From assembly GCA_041500405.1 (NCBI GenBank), contig JBGQMB010000007.1, positions 1 to 28,802 on the forward strand: a DNA stretch of 28,802 bases, read 5' to 3'. This stretch comes from Candidatus Micrarchaeia archaeon (GTDB taxonomy: Archaea; Micrarchaeota; Micrarchaeia; Anstonellales; J096). Positions within the stretch are counted from its first letter, which is position 1; each line of letters begins with the position of its first letter. Below the pieces are notes generated by a model that made no database searches, was not told the DNA's origin, and worked only from the letters and a program-made list of their open reading frames with translations. Both the position numbers and the translations under genes were made by a program. Shown one piece after another: positions 9,019 to 17,424 of the stretch.

Positions 9019-10562
9019 TTTTCCTCACCTTTTGGAAAATACTTGTCCACAAGCTCGTCTGGGAGCCCCTTCTCCTTTGCTATGCTCCTTCTTGCGTGCG
9101 CGATGGCCGTGGACTTGTCCATCTCGCCCTTTATGTAAAGCAGGAACGCCCTCCTGTCCCTTGCGCCAAGCTCGTGCAGAAGCTCGGCCTCCTTCATGGC
9201 CGCTATCTCCTTCACTATGGCGGAAAGCGCGTCTGAGCTTGCGACAAGCTCCTTCTTTTTCTGCCTTAAGGCGTCAATCTTCTCCCTTATTGCGCCGAAC
9301 TTCGCCGAATACTCCTCCCTTATGGAGGACTTCATCTGCTCGGCTTCCTTTTTGGCGAATATGTCCCTTTCAAGCGCGGCGTCAACCTTGCTGCAGTGGA
9401 AATCCGCAAAGAACTTCGCGGTTCTGTCTATTACCCTTGCGTATTCCTCTGAAACATGGTTTGAGTCGCTCACGAACTGCATCTCTATCTTTCCCAGCAG
9501 TTCGCTGTCGCCCTCCGCAATCCTTTTTGCGCTCTCATATTTTGATTTCAGCTCCGTTGTTGTCACGTCAATGGATTCGCTGAGCTCTGCTGCCGCGGTC
9601 TCCATCTCCGAAGACAGATGGCTTTTCACTATTGACGGAAGGTCCGCTGTCTTCACCTTCTCGCCCTTCATCCTGTCCCTAAGAAGCATGATTTCCGAAT
9701 CTATTTTTTTCTTCTTGCTCAGGTCCTTCTCGCTTATCTTCTGTTTTGTCAATTCAAGAAGCCTTTTTGTTATGTCTATCTTGTCCTGGTATACACTTGA
9801 CTTTGAGCCCTCATCTATGGACGCTATGTCCTCCTCGGCCTTTTTGCGTATGTCCCAGGACAGCATTTCCGGCTCCAAAATCCTCGGCTGCTCGTGCTCG
9901 TCAATGTATGAAACCCTGATTTTCCCCGACGGCGTCCGTTCTGCCTTCTTTTCAACGGGCTTCTCCTCCTCGTCGGTTTTCTTTATCTCTTCCTCTGAAA
10001 TATTGAGCTCGCCTAGGTCGCCCTTGCTCTCTATCTCGGTCTCTTCCGGCGCCTCGATTTCCTCTTCCCGGTATTTCTTCTTTGCAGGCGCTGCGACCGC
10101 TGCCTCGACCTCTATCTCTTCCGGCGCCTCGATTTCCTCTTCCATCTTCGGCCTTGCCTCCTCTATTTCTTCAGGCTTTGTTGTTTCAACTTCCTCCTGA
10201 ATGGCCGCAGGGGCTTCAGTCTTCCTTCTTTTTATCGCCTCTGCAAACCCGCCCTTTGCCTCTGAAACGGCCGCAGCTGCTTTGGCAGCGGCTTTTGGCA
10301 ATGCCGCAGGAATTGCAGGCGCCCTGATTGTTGGCAGCATTGCCCTTTTTGCGGCAGGCATGCCGGCCCTTACGGCGCCTATCCTTGAAATCTTGTAAAG
10401 CTTGTCAAGCCAAAGGTACATGTCGGATGACTTGAACGTGCCATAGGGATACGTTGTCATGAATGAGTAGCGCGGTGAATCCGGCGCGCCGGCCTGCGGC
10501 TCCTTCGCCGAGGCGCCTGCCTTCATCATTTCCGCAATCCTGTCCCCTAGGTCCTGCTCCAT
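9015..10562 (-). CDS. Hypothetical highly charged coiled-coil/disordered protein within the pilus operon
   Basis: About 515 aa from the ATG at 10562 (alternative TTG at 10589). Ala/Pro-rich, then Glu-rich, then helical. No transmembrane segment. Confidence 0.8.
   Translation of the reverse strand: MEQDLGDRIAEMMKAGASAKEPQAGAPDSPRYSFMTTYPYGTFKSSDMYLWLDKLYKISRIGAVRAGMPAAKRAMLPTIRAPAIPAALPKAAAKAAAAVSEAKGGFAEAIKRRKTEAPAAIQEEVETTKPEEIEEARPKMEEEIEAPEEIEVEAAVAAPAKKKYREEEIEAPEETEIESKGDLGELNISEEEIKKTDEEEKPVEKKAERTPSGKIRVSYIDEHEQPRILEPEMLSWDIRKKAEEDIASIDEGSKSSVYQDKIDITKRLLELTKQKISEKDLSKKKKIDSEIMLLRDRMKGEKVKTADLPSIVKSHLSSEMETAAAELSESIDVTTTELKSKYESAKRIAEGDSELLGKIEMQFVSDSNHVSEEYARVIDRTAKFFADFHCSKVDAALERDIFAKKEAEQMKSSIREEYSAKFGAIREKIDALRQKKKELVASSDALSAIVKEIAAMKEAELLHELGARDRRAFLLYIKGEMDKSTAIAHARRSIAKEKGLPDELVDKYFPKGEEK
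10040..10143. repeat. 29-bp intragenic direct repeat encoding EEEIEAPEE
   Basis: TCTCTTCCGGCGCCTCGATTTCCTCTTCC at 10040-10068 and 10115-10143. Confidence 0.85.
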
Positions 10563-10575
10563 CAGTCCAGCCCCG

Positions 10576-12072
10576 TCAAGATTCCCCAAATTCCCATTTC
10601 TTGTTGCCGTTCACATACTCCATGATCAATTCGGGGTCGTCGTAATACGTTGAAACTACGCTTCCGACCTGGTCCACCTCGAAGTATTTGTTGTCAACAG
10701 TCCAGTTGAGGATTGCAATCTTTTCCTTGAGGTCTTGGTTGATTTCCTTCGGGGTAAGCCCGGCGTAAAGCTCAAGCATGTCCGCTATCCTTTCAAGCTC
10801 GCCTATCTTGTTCACAGTGTCCTTCTTGCTGTCCCACCTGTATATGGTGTTCAGCTCGCCCATCCTCTTGACTTCCGAGAACTCGAAGCACCTCCTGATG
10901 TTGAACCTCCTGTGCCTAAGCTGGACCACTATTCCGGCCAATGCGTCAAGCACCTCCTTTGGAAGGTTTATCGGCGGCGTTGTGAGCCTTGATATTGTCT
11001 GGTTTGCGTCGTCTGCGTGAAGCGTGGCGTAAACGCTGTGCCCTGTGTGCATGGCCTCGAAAAGTATTTCCGCCTCCCTTTGCCTCCTGACTTCGCCGAC
11101 CAGTATCCTGTCCGGCCTCATCCTGAGCGAGTTGACCAACAGGTCAAGCATGCTTATTTCGCCCTTGCCCTCGGGGTTTGCCTCCCTTGTGACCAGGGGC
11201 ACCCATTGCAGGAACTTCGGAAGCGTGAGCTCCCTTGTGTCCTCTATGCTTATGACCCTGTGGTTCGCCGGGATGAATCCGGCTATGGCGTTCAGGAAGG
11301 AGGTTTTTCCGCTTCCTGTTCCCCCTGAGACCAGCAATGAAAGCTCATTCTGGATTGAGAGCCATATCAATGCCATTATTTCCGTTGAACACGTCCCGTT
11401 CGCGATTATCGTTGACGCGGTCCACGGGTTCTTCGCGAATTTCCTGATTGTTATCGTGTTTCCGAAGGCCGATATCGGGAACAATGTGGAATTGACTCTG
11501 TCCCCGCTGCTTATGTGCGCGTCCAGGAGCGGGTTGAGCACGTTTATCTGCCTGCCGATCCTCCTGGCGATAAGGGATGAATAGTTGAGAATCGTATCCT
11601 CGTCCTTTATCTTGACGTTGGTCCTTGACCAGCCGAACCTCTTGTGGTAAACCCACACAGGCTCTGACGAGCCGTTTATGACCATTTCTTCCAGTGTGTC
11701 ATCCGCGAGAATGACCTCAAGCTGCCCCAGCCCAAGGCTGTGCTGCACAAGGTACGTCGCAAGTATGTCTTCCTTGTCCTTGGTCAGATTCGGAAAATTG
11801 GCCTGCAGGACTTCCCTGGAAATGTTGAAGAACTTGTCCCTGACGGGCTTCTCCTTCTTGGGGTCTAGTATGTCCGTTATGTCTATTTCGACCTTGGACA
11901 TCACTTCCGCCTTGAGCTTCGTCTCAAGCAGCATCCTCGTTGCGTCGGATATTCCCGGAATTTTCACTTCATAAAAAGGCACGAAGTCTGTTGGAGACCT
12001 CGAGATAGTGACCACAACCGGAATTCCCTCGTTCTTATAGTTGTACGTGTCCAGGATTTTAGTTTCCGCCAT
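10576..12072 (-). CDS. Type IV pilus assembly ATPase (CpaF/TadA/FlaI family)
   Basis: Walker A GGTGSGKT, Asp box SIEDTREL, Walker B LRMRPDRILVGEVR and His box AMHTGHSVYATLHA. Confidence 0.96.
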   Translation of the reverse strand: MAETKILDTYNYKNEGIPVVVTISRSPTDFVPFYEVKIPGISDATRMLLETKLKAEVMSKVEIDITDILDPKKEKPVRDKFFNISREVLQANFPNLTKDKEDILATYLVQHSLGLGQLEVILADDTLEEMVINGSSEPVWVYHKRFGWSRTNVKIKDEDTILNYSSLIARRIGRQINVLNPLLDAHISSGDRVNSTLFPISAFGNTITIRKFAKNPWTASTIIANGTCSTEIMALIWLSIQNELSLLVSGGTGSGKTSFLNAIAGFIPANHRVISIEDTRELTLPKFLQWVPLVTREANPEGKGEISMLDLLVNSLRMRPDRILVGEVRRQREAEILFEAMHTGHSVYATLHADDANQTISRLTTPPINLPKEVLDALAGIVVQLRHRRFNIRRCFEFSEVKRMGELNTIYRWDSKKDTVNKIGELERIADMLELYAGLTPKEINQDLKEKIAILNWTVDNKYFEVDQVGSVVSTYYDDPELIMEYVNGNKKWEFGES

Positions 12073-12140
12073 TTAGACCATCCCTTGGCACTATTTTTAG
12101 ACGATGGTGTTTATAAGCGTTTGTTTTTCAAAACAATGCA

Positions 12141-13052
12141 ATGGGCGGCCTGAAAATAAGGAAAGGGGAGCTCGAAATAGGGCTTGACCGCGGATGCGGG
12201 GACTACACGTTCATTTCGCACGCGCACGCAGACCATTTGGAGCGGGTCAAGAACATAAAACGGCTTATCTCAAGCAAGGAAACCGCCCTTCTTGCCGATA
12301 TACGGAAGGATGTTGAGATACCTGAAGGCATAACCCTGCATGATGCCGGGCACATTGTCGGCGCAAGGCAGATGAAGGTTGAGACGGACAACGGGGCAGT
12401 CACATATACCGGAGACTACAGGCTGAAAAAGGGCATCTTCGACTCCGGCGCGGAGATTGTCGAGACAGACCATCTGATGATTGAGGCGACGTACGGAAAC
12501 CCTGCGTTCAGGTTCCCGGAGCCTTTTGACGTTTACGATGACCTTGCGGTCTGGATGAAGGAGAAAATGAAAACATCGAATGTCATTATCGGGGCATACA
12601 GGATGGGCAAGTCCCAGGAGGTCATCCGCGTGCTTAACGAATATTTGGGCATAGCGCCGATTGTCGGAAGCTCCATTTACGGGGTTGCCAAAACATACAA
12701 CGCGCTTGGGCACCATCTTGAGTCGCTTGAGATTGGGAGCAATGAGGCGCAGGACGCCCTTGGCTCCGGGTTTGTTGCCATCCTTCCGCCGAACAAGGTC
12801 AATGCCGCATTCGCAAGGGCGCTTTCAGCGGCGCACAACAGGCCGTGCCTTTCAGTGTCTGTCACAGGATGGAGCCTAAGGTACGGCATGAGGGTTGACA
12901 AGTCCTTTCCATTGAGCGACCACTCGGACTATTACGACGCGGTCCGCTACATGGAGGAAAGCAACGCAAAGAAGGTGACATTCTTTGACGGCGAAATTGG
13001 CTATCTTTCAAAGGCCGCGAAAAGCCTCGGCATAGAGGTCATTCAAACCTGA
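12141..13052 (+). CDS. MBL-fold beta-CASP nuclease
   Basis: SHAHADH, DAGHIVGA, YTGDY, IEATYG, YRMGKSQE and FPLSDHSD motifs. Confidence 0.9.
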   Translation: MGGLKIRKGELEIGLDRGCGDYTFISHAHADHLERVKNIKRLISSKETALLADIRKDVEIPEGITLHDAGHIVGARQMKVETDNGAVTYTGDYRLKKGIFDSGAEIVETDHLMIEATYGNPAFRFPEPFDVYDDLAVWMKEKMKTSNVIIGAYRMGKSQEVIRVLNEYLGIAPIVGSSIYGVAKTYNALGHHLESLEIGSNEAQDALGSGFVAILPPNKVNAAFARALSAAHNRPCLSVSVTGWSLRYGMRVDKSFPLSDHSDYYDAVRYMEESNAKKVTFFDGEIGYLSKAAKSLGIEVIQT

Positions 13053-13677
13053 TTGCGAACGAGGTCCTGTAAACCCTTTTTCCCTCCTTCAGCCCGAACA
13101 GCTTCCTGCTTATCTTATAGTCCCTCAGCCCCAGCTCGTTGATTGCAGACAGGGCGGCCTTTGAGGACCCGACCTTCATGTCGATGCCCTCCTTCAGCTC
13201 TTCCTCCGACGCCACGAACGTTCTCTCATCAAGCTTCCTTTCAAGGATCTTTCTCCATTTCTCTATCATTCTCGGGTTTCCCCTGAGCTGGATGATTGCC
13301 TCGAAATATCCGCCGGCCCTTTTCCTGCAGAAGTCGCAAAGCTCCTTCTTGATTTCAACGCGGATTGGGACGCCCATGGGAATAAACCCCCTGTCCGTCT
13401 CGACAAAGTATGTGAGCATTGATTTGTTGATGTCAACCTGGACGTCGTTCGCGTCCCTTCCCCTGGCCTTGTGCGCAAAATCCTTCCTTACCAGGGATTC
13501 GTTTGCCTTGTCCCATCTCTTGCCCCTCAAAACAGCCCCGCACCTTGGGCATATTGCCATCTGGAACGAGCTTGGAAACTTTATTTTGGGAACGTAGCAG
13601 TCTATGCAGAGCAGGTCGACAAAAGCCTTGCCGCCTTTCTTTGCCCCGCACTTTATGCAGACGTCTATGCTGACCAT
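13039..13677 (-). CDS. nmd3: NMD3-family ribosome-associated protein
   Basis: Four CxxC pairs (CIKCG, CIDC, CPRCG, CDFC) and GGYFEAIIQLRG; ends in GKRVYRTSFAIR. Confidence 0.9.
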   Translation of the reverse strand: MVSIDVCIKCGAKKGGKAFVDLLCIDCYVPKIKFPSSFQMAICPRCGAVLRGKRWDKANESLVRKDFAHKARGRDANDVQVDINKSMLTYFVETDRGFIPMGVPIRVEIKKELCDFCRKRAGGYFEAIIQLRGNPRMIEKWRKILERKLDERTFVASEEELKEGIDMKVGSSKAALSAINELGLRDYKISRKLFGLKEGKRVYRTSFAIRFE

Positions 13678-13707
13678 GATTGGGATAGAGCCGTTTCATT
13701 TTAAAAA

Positions 13708-14265
13708 TCAGGCTGCAACGCACGGGTTGAATGCGGAAAGGAAAGTAGGAACGAGTTCTTTGCCGATCAAATTTTGCAGGCGTTCCATGCGGCTGAGATA
13801 TGCTGCAAGTTTTGTGCCTATTTCATTGGTGAGCATGCACGCAGTGCGGTGGTTCTGGCTTTCTCTTATGCTCATATCTGCGCCGCGCTCCACAAGGAGT
13901 TTGCATACCCTAATGCGGCCCCATATCGCCGCATACATCAGTGCAGTCCTGCTGTAAATATCAACTGCGTTTATATCCGCTCCTTTTTCCAGCAGTAGCC
14001 TGCATGTTTCTATATGGCCTTGCCTCGCTGCCAATATCAAAGGAGTAATCCCGCCTTCGCTTTTTGCCTCAATGTCCGCGCCTGCGTTGAGGAGCGGCTC
14101 GATTTTCATGGTTTCGCCATTATAAGCGGCATCAAAGAGCGCCTGATCCAATTCGTCCTGGCTTTTCGCAATGATTGCCGACTTTTCAGGCTCCGGCTTG
14201 TAAAAGCGAATAGATATTCTGCGCAGGATTTTCCTGATTTTGGATTCCTGCTGCGTTTTTTCCAT
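13708..14265 (-). CDS. Ankyrin repeat protein (3-4 repeats)
   Basis: GITPLILAARQGHIETCRLLLEKGADINA and RTALMYAAIWGRIRVCKLLVERGAD. Confidence 0.93.
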   Translation of the reverse strand: MEKTQQESKIRKILRRISIRFYKPEPEKSAIIAKSQDELDQALFDAAYNGETMKIEPLLNAGADIEAKSEGGITPLILAARQGHIETCRLLLEKGADINAVDIYSRTALMYAAIWGRIRVCKLLVERGADMSIRESQNHRTACMLTNEIGTKLAAYLSRMERLQNLIGKELVPTFLSAFNPCVAA

Positions 14266-14315
14266 ATGTCTGTTCGTGCGGCAAAGGTGTTAAAAATGGC
14301 TCCGCAGGGCCTTGC

Positions 14316-15242
14316 CTAGACTATAACAGACTCGCCCGGCACCCTCCTGAAAAGCTGGATGTCGCCTATGTGCTTCGCGCCTGAAAGGTATCTGACCAAC
14401 CTTTCCATGCCGAATCCGGCCCCGGCGGACGGGACCAGCCCTCCTTTCGCAAGCTCGATGTATGGCTTGTATTTTCCAAGCCCTATTTTGTCATGCCCGA
14501 TGCGCTTGACTATCCTGTCATACTCGTGCTCGCGCTCCGCGCCTGAAAGCGCCTCGCCGAATCCTTCCGGATAAATCAGGTCGTAGTTCAGATAGTGCCC
14601 AAGCTCCTCCGGGTCCTCCTTGTCGTAGAACTCACGCTTATGGCATAATGCCCAGAACGGCATTGAATGGTCCAGGGACGCGGCATACTCCCATTCCTTT
14701 CCATACCTTTGCTCAAGCTCGTGCGTCGTGTATTTTGGGAACGGGCCCCTTATTTTTGGGACTGCTCTTCCAAGCAGCGCAAGCTCGTCCTCGCACGTCG
14801 AGGCCACGTGCTCCGAAACGCCTGCCATATAGTCTTCCATCATGCGGAAAACGTCGTCCATCTTCCATCCGGCTATCTCGAAGTCAACCTGCGAGAACTC
14901 GAAAAGGTGCCTTCCGCTTTTGCTCCTGCTCTCGTGCTCCAGCCTCACGTTCGGCGAGATTATAAAAATCCTGTCAAGGCCTTTTTTCAGCGCAAGCTGC
15001 TTGTGCAATATCATTGACTGCGTCATGCAGAGCGTCTGCCCGTAGTACTCTATCTCGCCTACCTTTATGACGCTGCTGTTCGGGTCGGGGCCCAGCGGGT
15101 CCGTGACCGGCGAAAGTATGACCGGCATGAGCTGGGTGAAGTCCTTGCAATGGAAGAAATTGCTGGTGAAGACAAGCGCCTCGGACGTTATCCTCGCGTA
15201 TGCCTTTGCCCTTTCCTTTTCTTCCGTCTGTTGTGCTGCCAT
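14316..15242 (-). CDS. asnA: Archaeal asparagine synthetase A (class II aaRS catalytic-core paralogue)
   Basis: LSPVTDPL, MTQSMILHKQ, SPNVRLE..GRHLFEFSQVDFE, GEALSGAERE and SAGAGFGMERL. No anticodon-binding domain. Confidence 0.9.
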   Translation of the reverse strand: MAAQQTEEKERAKAYARITSEALVFTSNFFHCKDFTQLMPVILSPVTDPLGPDPNSSVIKVGEIEYYGQTLCMTQSMILHKQLALKKGLDRIFIISPNVRLEHESRSKSGRHLFEFSQVDFEIAGWKMDDVFRMMEDYMAGVSEHVASTCEDELALLGRAVPKIRGPFPKYTTHELEQRYGKEWEYAASLDHSMPFWALCHKREFYDKEDPEELGHYLNYDLIYPEGFGEALSGAEREHEYDRIVKRIGHDKIGLGKYKPYIELAKGGLVPSAGAGFGMERLVRYLSGAKHIGDIQLFRRVPGESVIV

Positions 15243-15370
15243 TCAAATTACCTAATCCGGTTGCGCATGAATAATATAAATATCTTTTCCCAAAAACAGC
15301 GGAATTTATACGGAAAACGCATAAAATAAGTTGTTTTCTTGGATATTGTCCAACATAGAGACGATAAAAG

Positions 15371-15530
15371 TAGTTTTTCTTTCCGCAGGAGCTTTCTTTT
15401 TTCTAAATGCTTTCTTTTTCCCCAAGTGCTTTTTTCAAAAGTAGTTTCTTTTGAACCCAAGGGCCTTGCGCCAGCAGGCGCCACACATAGTTTTCTTTCC
15501 GCAGGAGCTTTCTTTTTTCTAAAAAGAAAG
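15371..15530. repeat. Repeat cluster: 36/37-bp direct repeats enclosing a reverse-strand palindromic-family module
   Basis: TAGTTTT(T)CTTTCCGCAGGAGCTTTCTTTTTTCTAAA at 15371-15407 and 15488-15523. TTCTTTTGAACCCA at 15446-15459 and GCGCCAGCAGGCGCC at 15468-15482. Confidence 0.85.
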
Positions 15531-15595
15531 GAGCTTTTCCGCTGGCGCTTTTACCTGGGCCCCGCGCAGCTGGCTGGCCCTGGGAAAAGGGACAT

Positions 15596-15729
15596 TGCCA
15601 AGGGGGGGGCTCGAACCCCCGACCTCTAGATGACCCAAAGCTTTCCTATCATCGCCGTTGAAACGGCTCAGCACTCACAAAATCGCGTTTTATGAGTCTA
15701 GCGCTCTAAGCCGGCTGAGCTACCTTGGC
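15596..15729 (-). tRNA. Elongator tRNA-Met(CAU) with a 59-nt intron (15632-15690) at position 37/38
   Basis: Acceptor GCCAAGG/CCTTGGC, anticodon stem CTAGA/TCTAG, loop CT-CAT-A, T arm GGGGG-TTCGAGC-CCCCC. BHB central helix C32-A35 pairs with intron UGGG. Confidence 0.93.
15646..15682 (-). ncRNA. Putative intron-encoded box D'/C' (K-turn) 2'-O-methylation guide targeting C34 of the host pre-tRNA
   Basis: Guide UUUUGUGAGU, then G, CUGA, hairpin GCCGU-UUCA-ACGGC and G-AUGAUAG. The 5th nt upstream of CUGA pairs with C34. Confidence 0.65.
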
Positions 15730-15752
15730 CTGGAAACTAATGGCTGGGCATC

Positions 15753-15762
15753 TTTTTTAAAA
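15753..15762. promoter_or_regulatory. Putative bidirectional TATA box
   Basis: TTTTTTAAAA lies about 24 nt from both the tRNA-Met 5' end (15729) and the ATG at 15787. Confidence 0.55.
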
Positions 15763-15786
15763 CCTTGCAGTGTTTGATATAAATCA

Positions 15787-16464
15787 ATGATTGACGAAGA
15801 GGAGTTCGAATTCATACAAAAAAGCGCTTTGGGAAACAGGAAAATAGGCTTGCTTTCTGTATTAATCCTATGCATAATAATATTAATCATATGTAAAAAT
15901 GATATCGAACTCGCGCTTTCTGGCATCGGCGTCTTAATCTTGGGTGCCTTTATATACAATCTCTGGAGAGAAGAGTCTTTTCTCCAAGTGGAAAAGATAA
16001 GGGAAAAATACAGAAAACTGGATGCAAAATCACAGAAGAATGCATTTTTTTATCATATGTACCAAGGTTCAGCGGGCGCATATAGAATAAATGCCATGGC
16101 CGTATTAGACGAGGATTGCCTGTCATTCTACCATTTTGGATATTATACAGCATTTATATTAGCAATACCCGAGCTTTTGCTAAGGCCGATTTTCCCCAAG
16201 CCCATGGAGCTAAAAGAGGATAGGGTGCTGAAATCAAGCATCACAAAAATCAGCATTGGCACTATGCCTGGTTTTATTCCAGATCCGAGATATATTGATT
16301 TTGAAGTAGGGGGAATGCAAACCTTCCGGTACAACATATTGTGGCCTCTTCCTCCAAAACAAACGGAAGGCAGATATACGATGCGTTTCTTTTCTGCAGG
16401 ACTGAAGCAGTTTGATAAATTTGCCGGTTTGGCTAAAACTAATTTTGGCGCCGTGTTTCGGTAG
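15787..16464 (+). CDS. Hypothetical membrane protein (AT-rich)
   Basis: 225 aa with two N-terminal hydrophobic helices. Confidence 0.75.
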   Translation: MIDEEEFEFIQKSALGNRKIGLLSVLILCIIILIICKNDIELALSGIGVLILGAFIYNLWREESFLQVEKIREKYRKLDAKSQKNAFFYHMYQGSAGAYRINAMAVLDEDCLSFYHFGYYTAFILAIPELLLRPIFPKPMELKEDRVLKSSITKISIGTMPGFIPDPRYIDFEVGGMQTFRYNILWPLPPKQTEGRYTMRFFSAGLKQFDKFAGLAKTNFGAVFR

Positions 16465-16480
16465 GGCTGCTGGCGAAGAA

Positions 16481-17383
16481 TCAGACGACCTTGCGGATTT
16501 CATCAAGCATCTGTCTATTCATGTCTATAAGCTCCAGTATCTTCCGCCCGGCAAGCGCAGCCGACATCGGCTCGTCGCAGACGCAGAAGGTGCGCTGCTC
16601 CGAGAACCTCTTTGCCATTTCGTCAAGCGCCCATATTACATGGTCTATTTTCGACAGTTTCTGCGGCTGCAGCGACGGGTCCCATTTTGTGATGAACCCG
16701 TTGAATTCCGCGAAGCTGTTCTTCATGGCCTCTGTGTCCATCCCGTTGTCCTCCTCGAAAATTATCTTGAACGTGAAAAGCATGTATGGCTGGAACTTCG
16801 GGTTTTGTATGGCGTTGACAAGCTCCACGATTGCATTGAACCTTTGCATTGACGCGGCATTCGGGTCCCTGGCCTCAATCGCATCCGCAGAATGGAATAC
16901 GCGGTCGAATATGTATGTGAGATTCCTGTATTCCGTGAAGTTTGTGTATCCGGAAGTGACCTTGTATCCTGCAGCCGTGAACCACATCAGGTTGTTTTCC
17001 TGGATTCCAAGCGCCTTTGCCCAGTCCATAATGTTGTTCATCATCCCCTGATCCGGAGGCGCAGTTGTGGGCATCTCTTGCGCGGCTGAAGAAGGCCGCT
17101 CGGATTCCGGAAAGCCCGGAAGCATGGGCTTTATCTTGATTACCTGTGTCCTTTCGCCTTCAGCAGCGTCAAAAATAGCAGCATCCTCGAAGCCTTCGGT
17201 TGCGTGTATCGGCGTGCCATTTGGCCTTTGCTCGACCAGCGGCTCCGCGCTTTTCACGGCTGACTGTGGCGGCGCAGTCACTTGCTGCACTCCCTTGTTT
17301 AGACGTACAGTGTTTGTTTCCTGCGTCCCGTTTCCAGGGGCAGCAGCCTTCTGCGCCCCGTTCCCGTTGCCGTTGCCTGCCAT
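16481..17383 (-). CDS. Hypothetical protein (disordered N-terminus, helical C-terminal domain)
   Basis: 300-aa ORF filling the gap, with a TTTTTAAA box upstream on the - strand. Confidence 0.75.
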   Translation of the reverse strand: MAGNGNGNGAQKAAAPGNGTQETNTVRLNKGVQQVTAPPQSAVKSAEPLVEQRPNGTPIHATEGFEDAAIFDAAEGERTQVIKIKPMLPGFPESERPSSAAQEMPTTAPPDQGMMNNIMDWAKALGIQENNLMWFTAAGYKVTSGYTNFTEYRNLTYIFDRVFHSADAIEARDPNAASMQRFNAIVELVNAIQNPKFQPYMLFTFKIIFEEDNGMDTEAMKNSFAEFNGFITKWDPSLQPQKLSKIDHVIWALDEMAKRFSEQRTFCVCDEPMSAALAGRKILELIDMNRQMLDEIRKVV

Positions 17384-17424
17384 AATAATCCTTTTGTGTA
17401 GTAAAATGTTTAAAAATGTATCCT

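Noticed and set aside
9196..10200. Long antisense ORFs (e.g. 9196-10200, 4873-5679, 18117-18809, 19939-20835)
   Set aside because: They lie opposite, or out of frame within, well-supported genes and show mirror-image composition with no motifs.
14306..15469. 10-bp direct repeat AGGGCCTTGC flanking asnA (14306 and 15460)
   Set aside because: Too short to distinguish from chance, and asnA shows no obvious compositional anomaly.
15371..15523. CRISPR array from the 36/37-bp direct repeats
   Set aside because: There are only two copies, the 80-bp interval is itself made of repeat modules, the sequence is T-rich and low-complexity, and no cas genes are present.
15248..15629. ORFs 15248-15484 (-) and 15339-15629 (+)
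   Set aside because: They are translations of the repeat cluster and tRNA end, giving low-complexity K/F/S-rich sequence.
15596..15729. Initiator tRNA-Met or tRNA-Ile2(CAU)
   Set aside because: It has G1-C72 rather than A1-U72, lacks three consecutive G-C pairs in the anticodon stem, and its GCC start differs from the GGG-type Ile acceptor.
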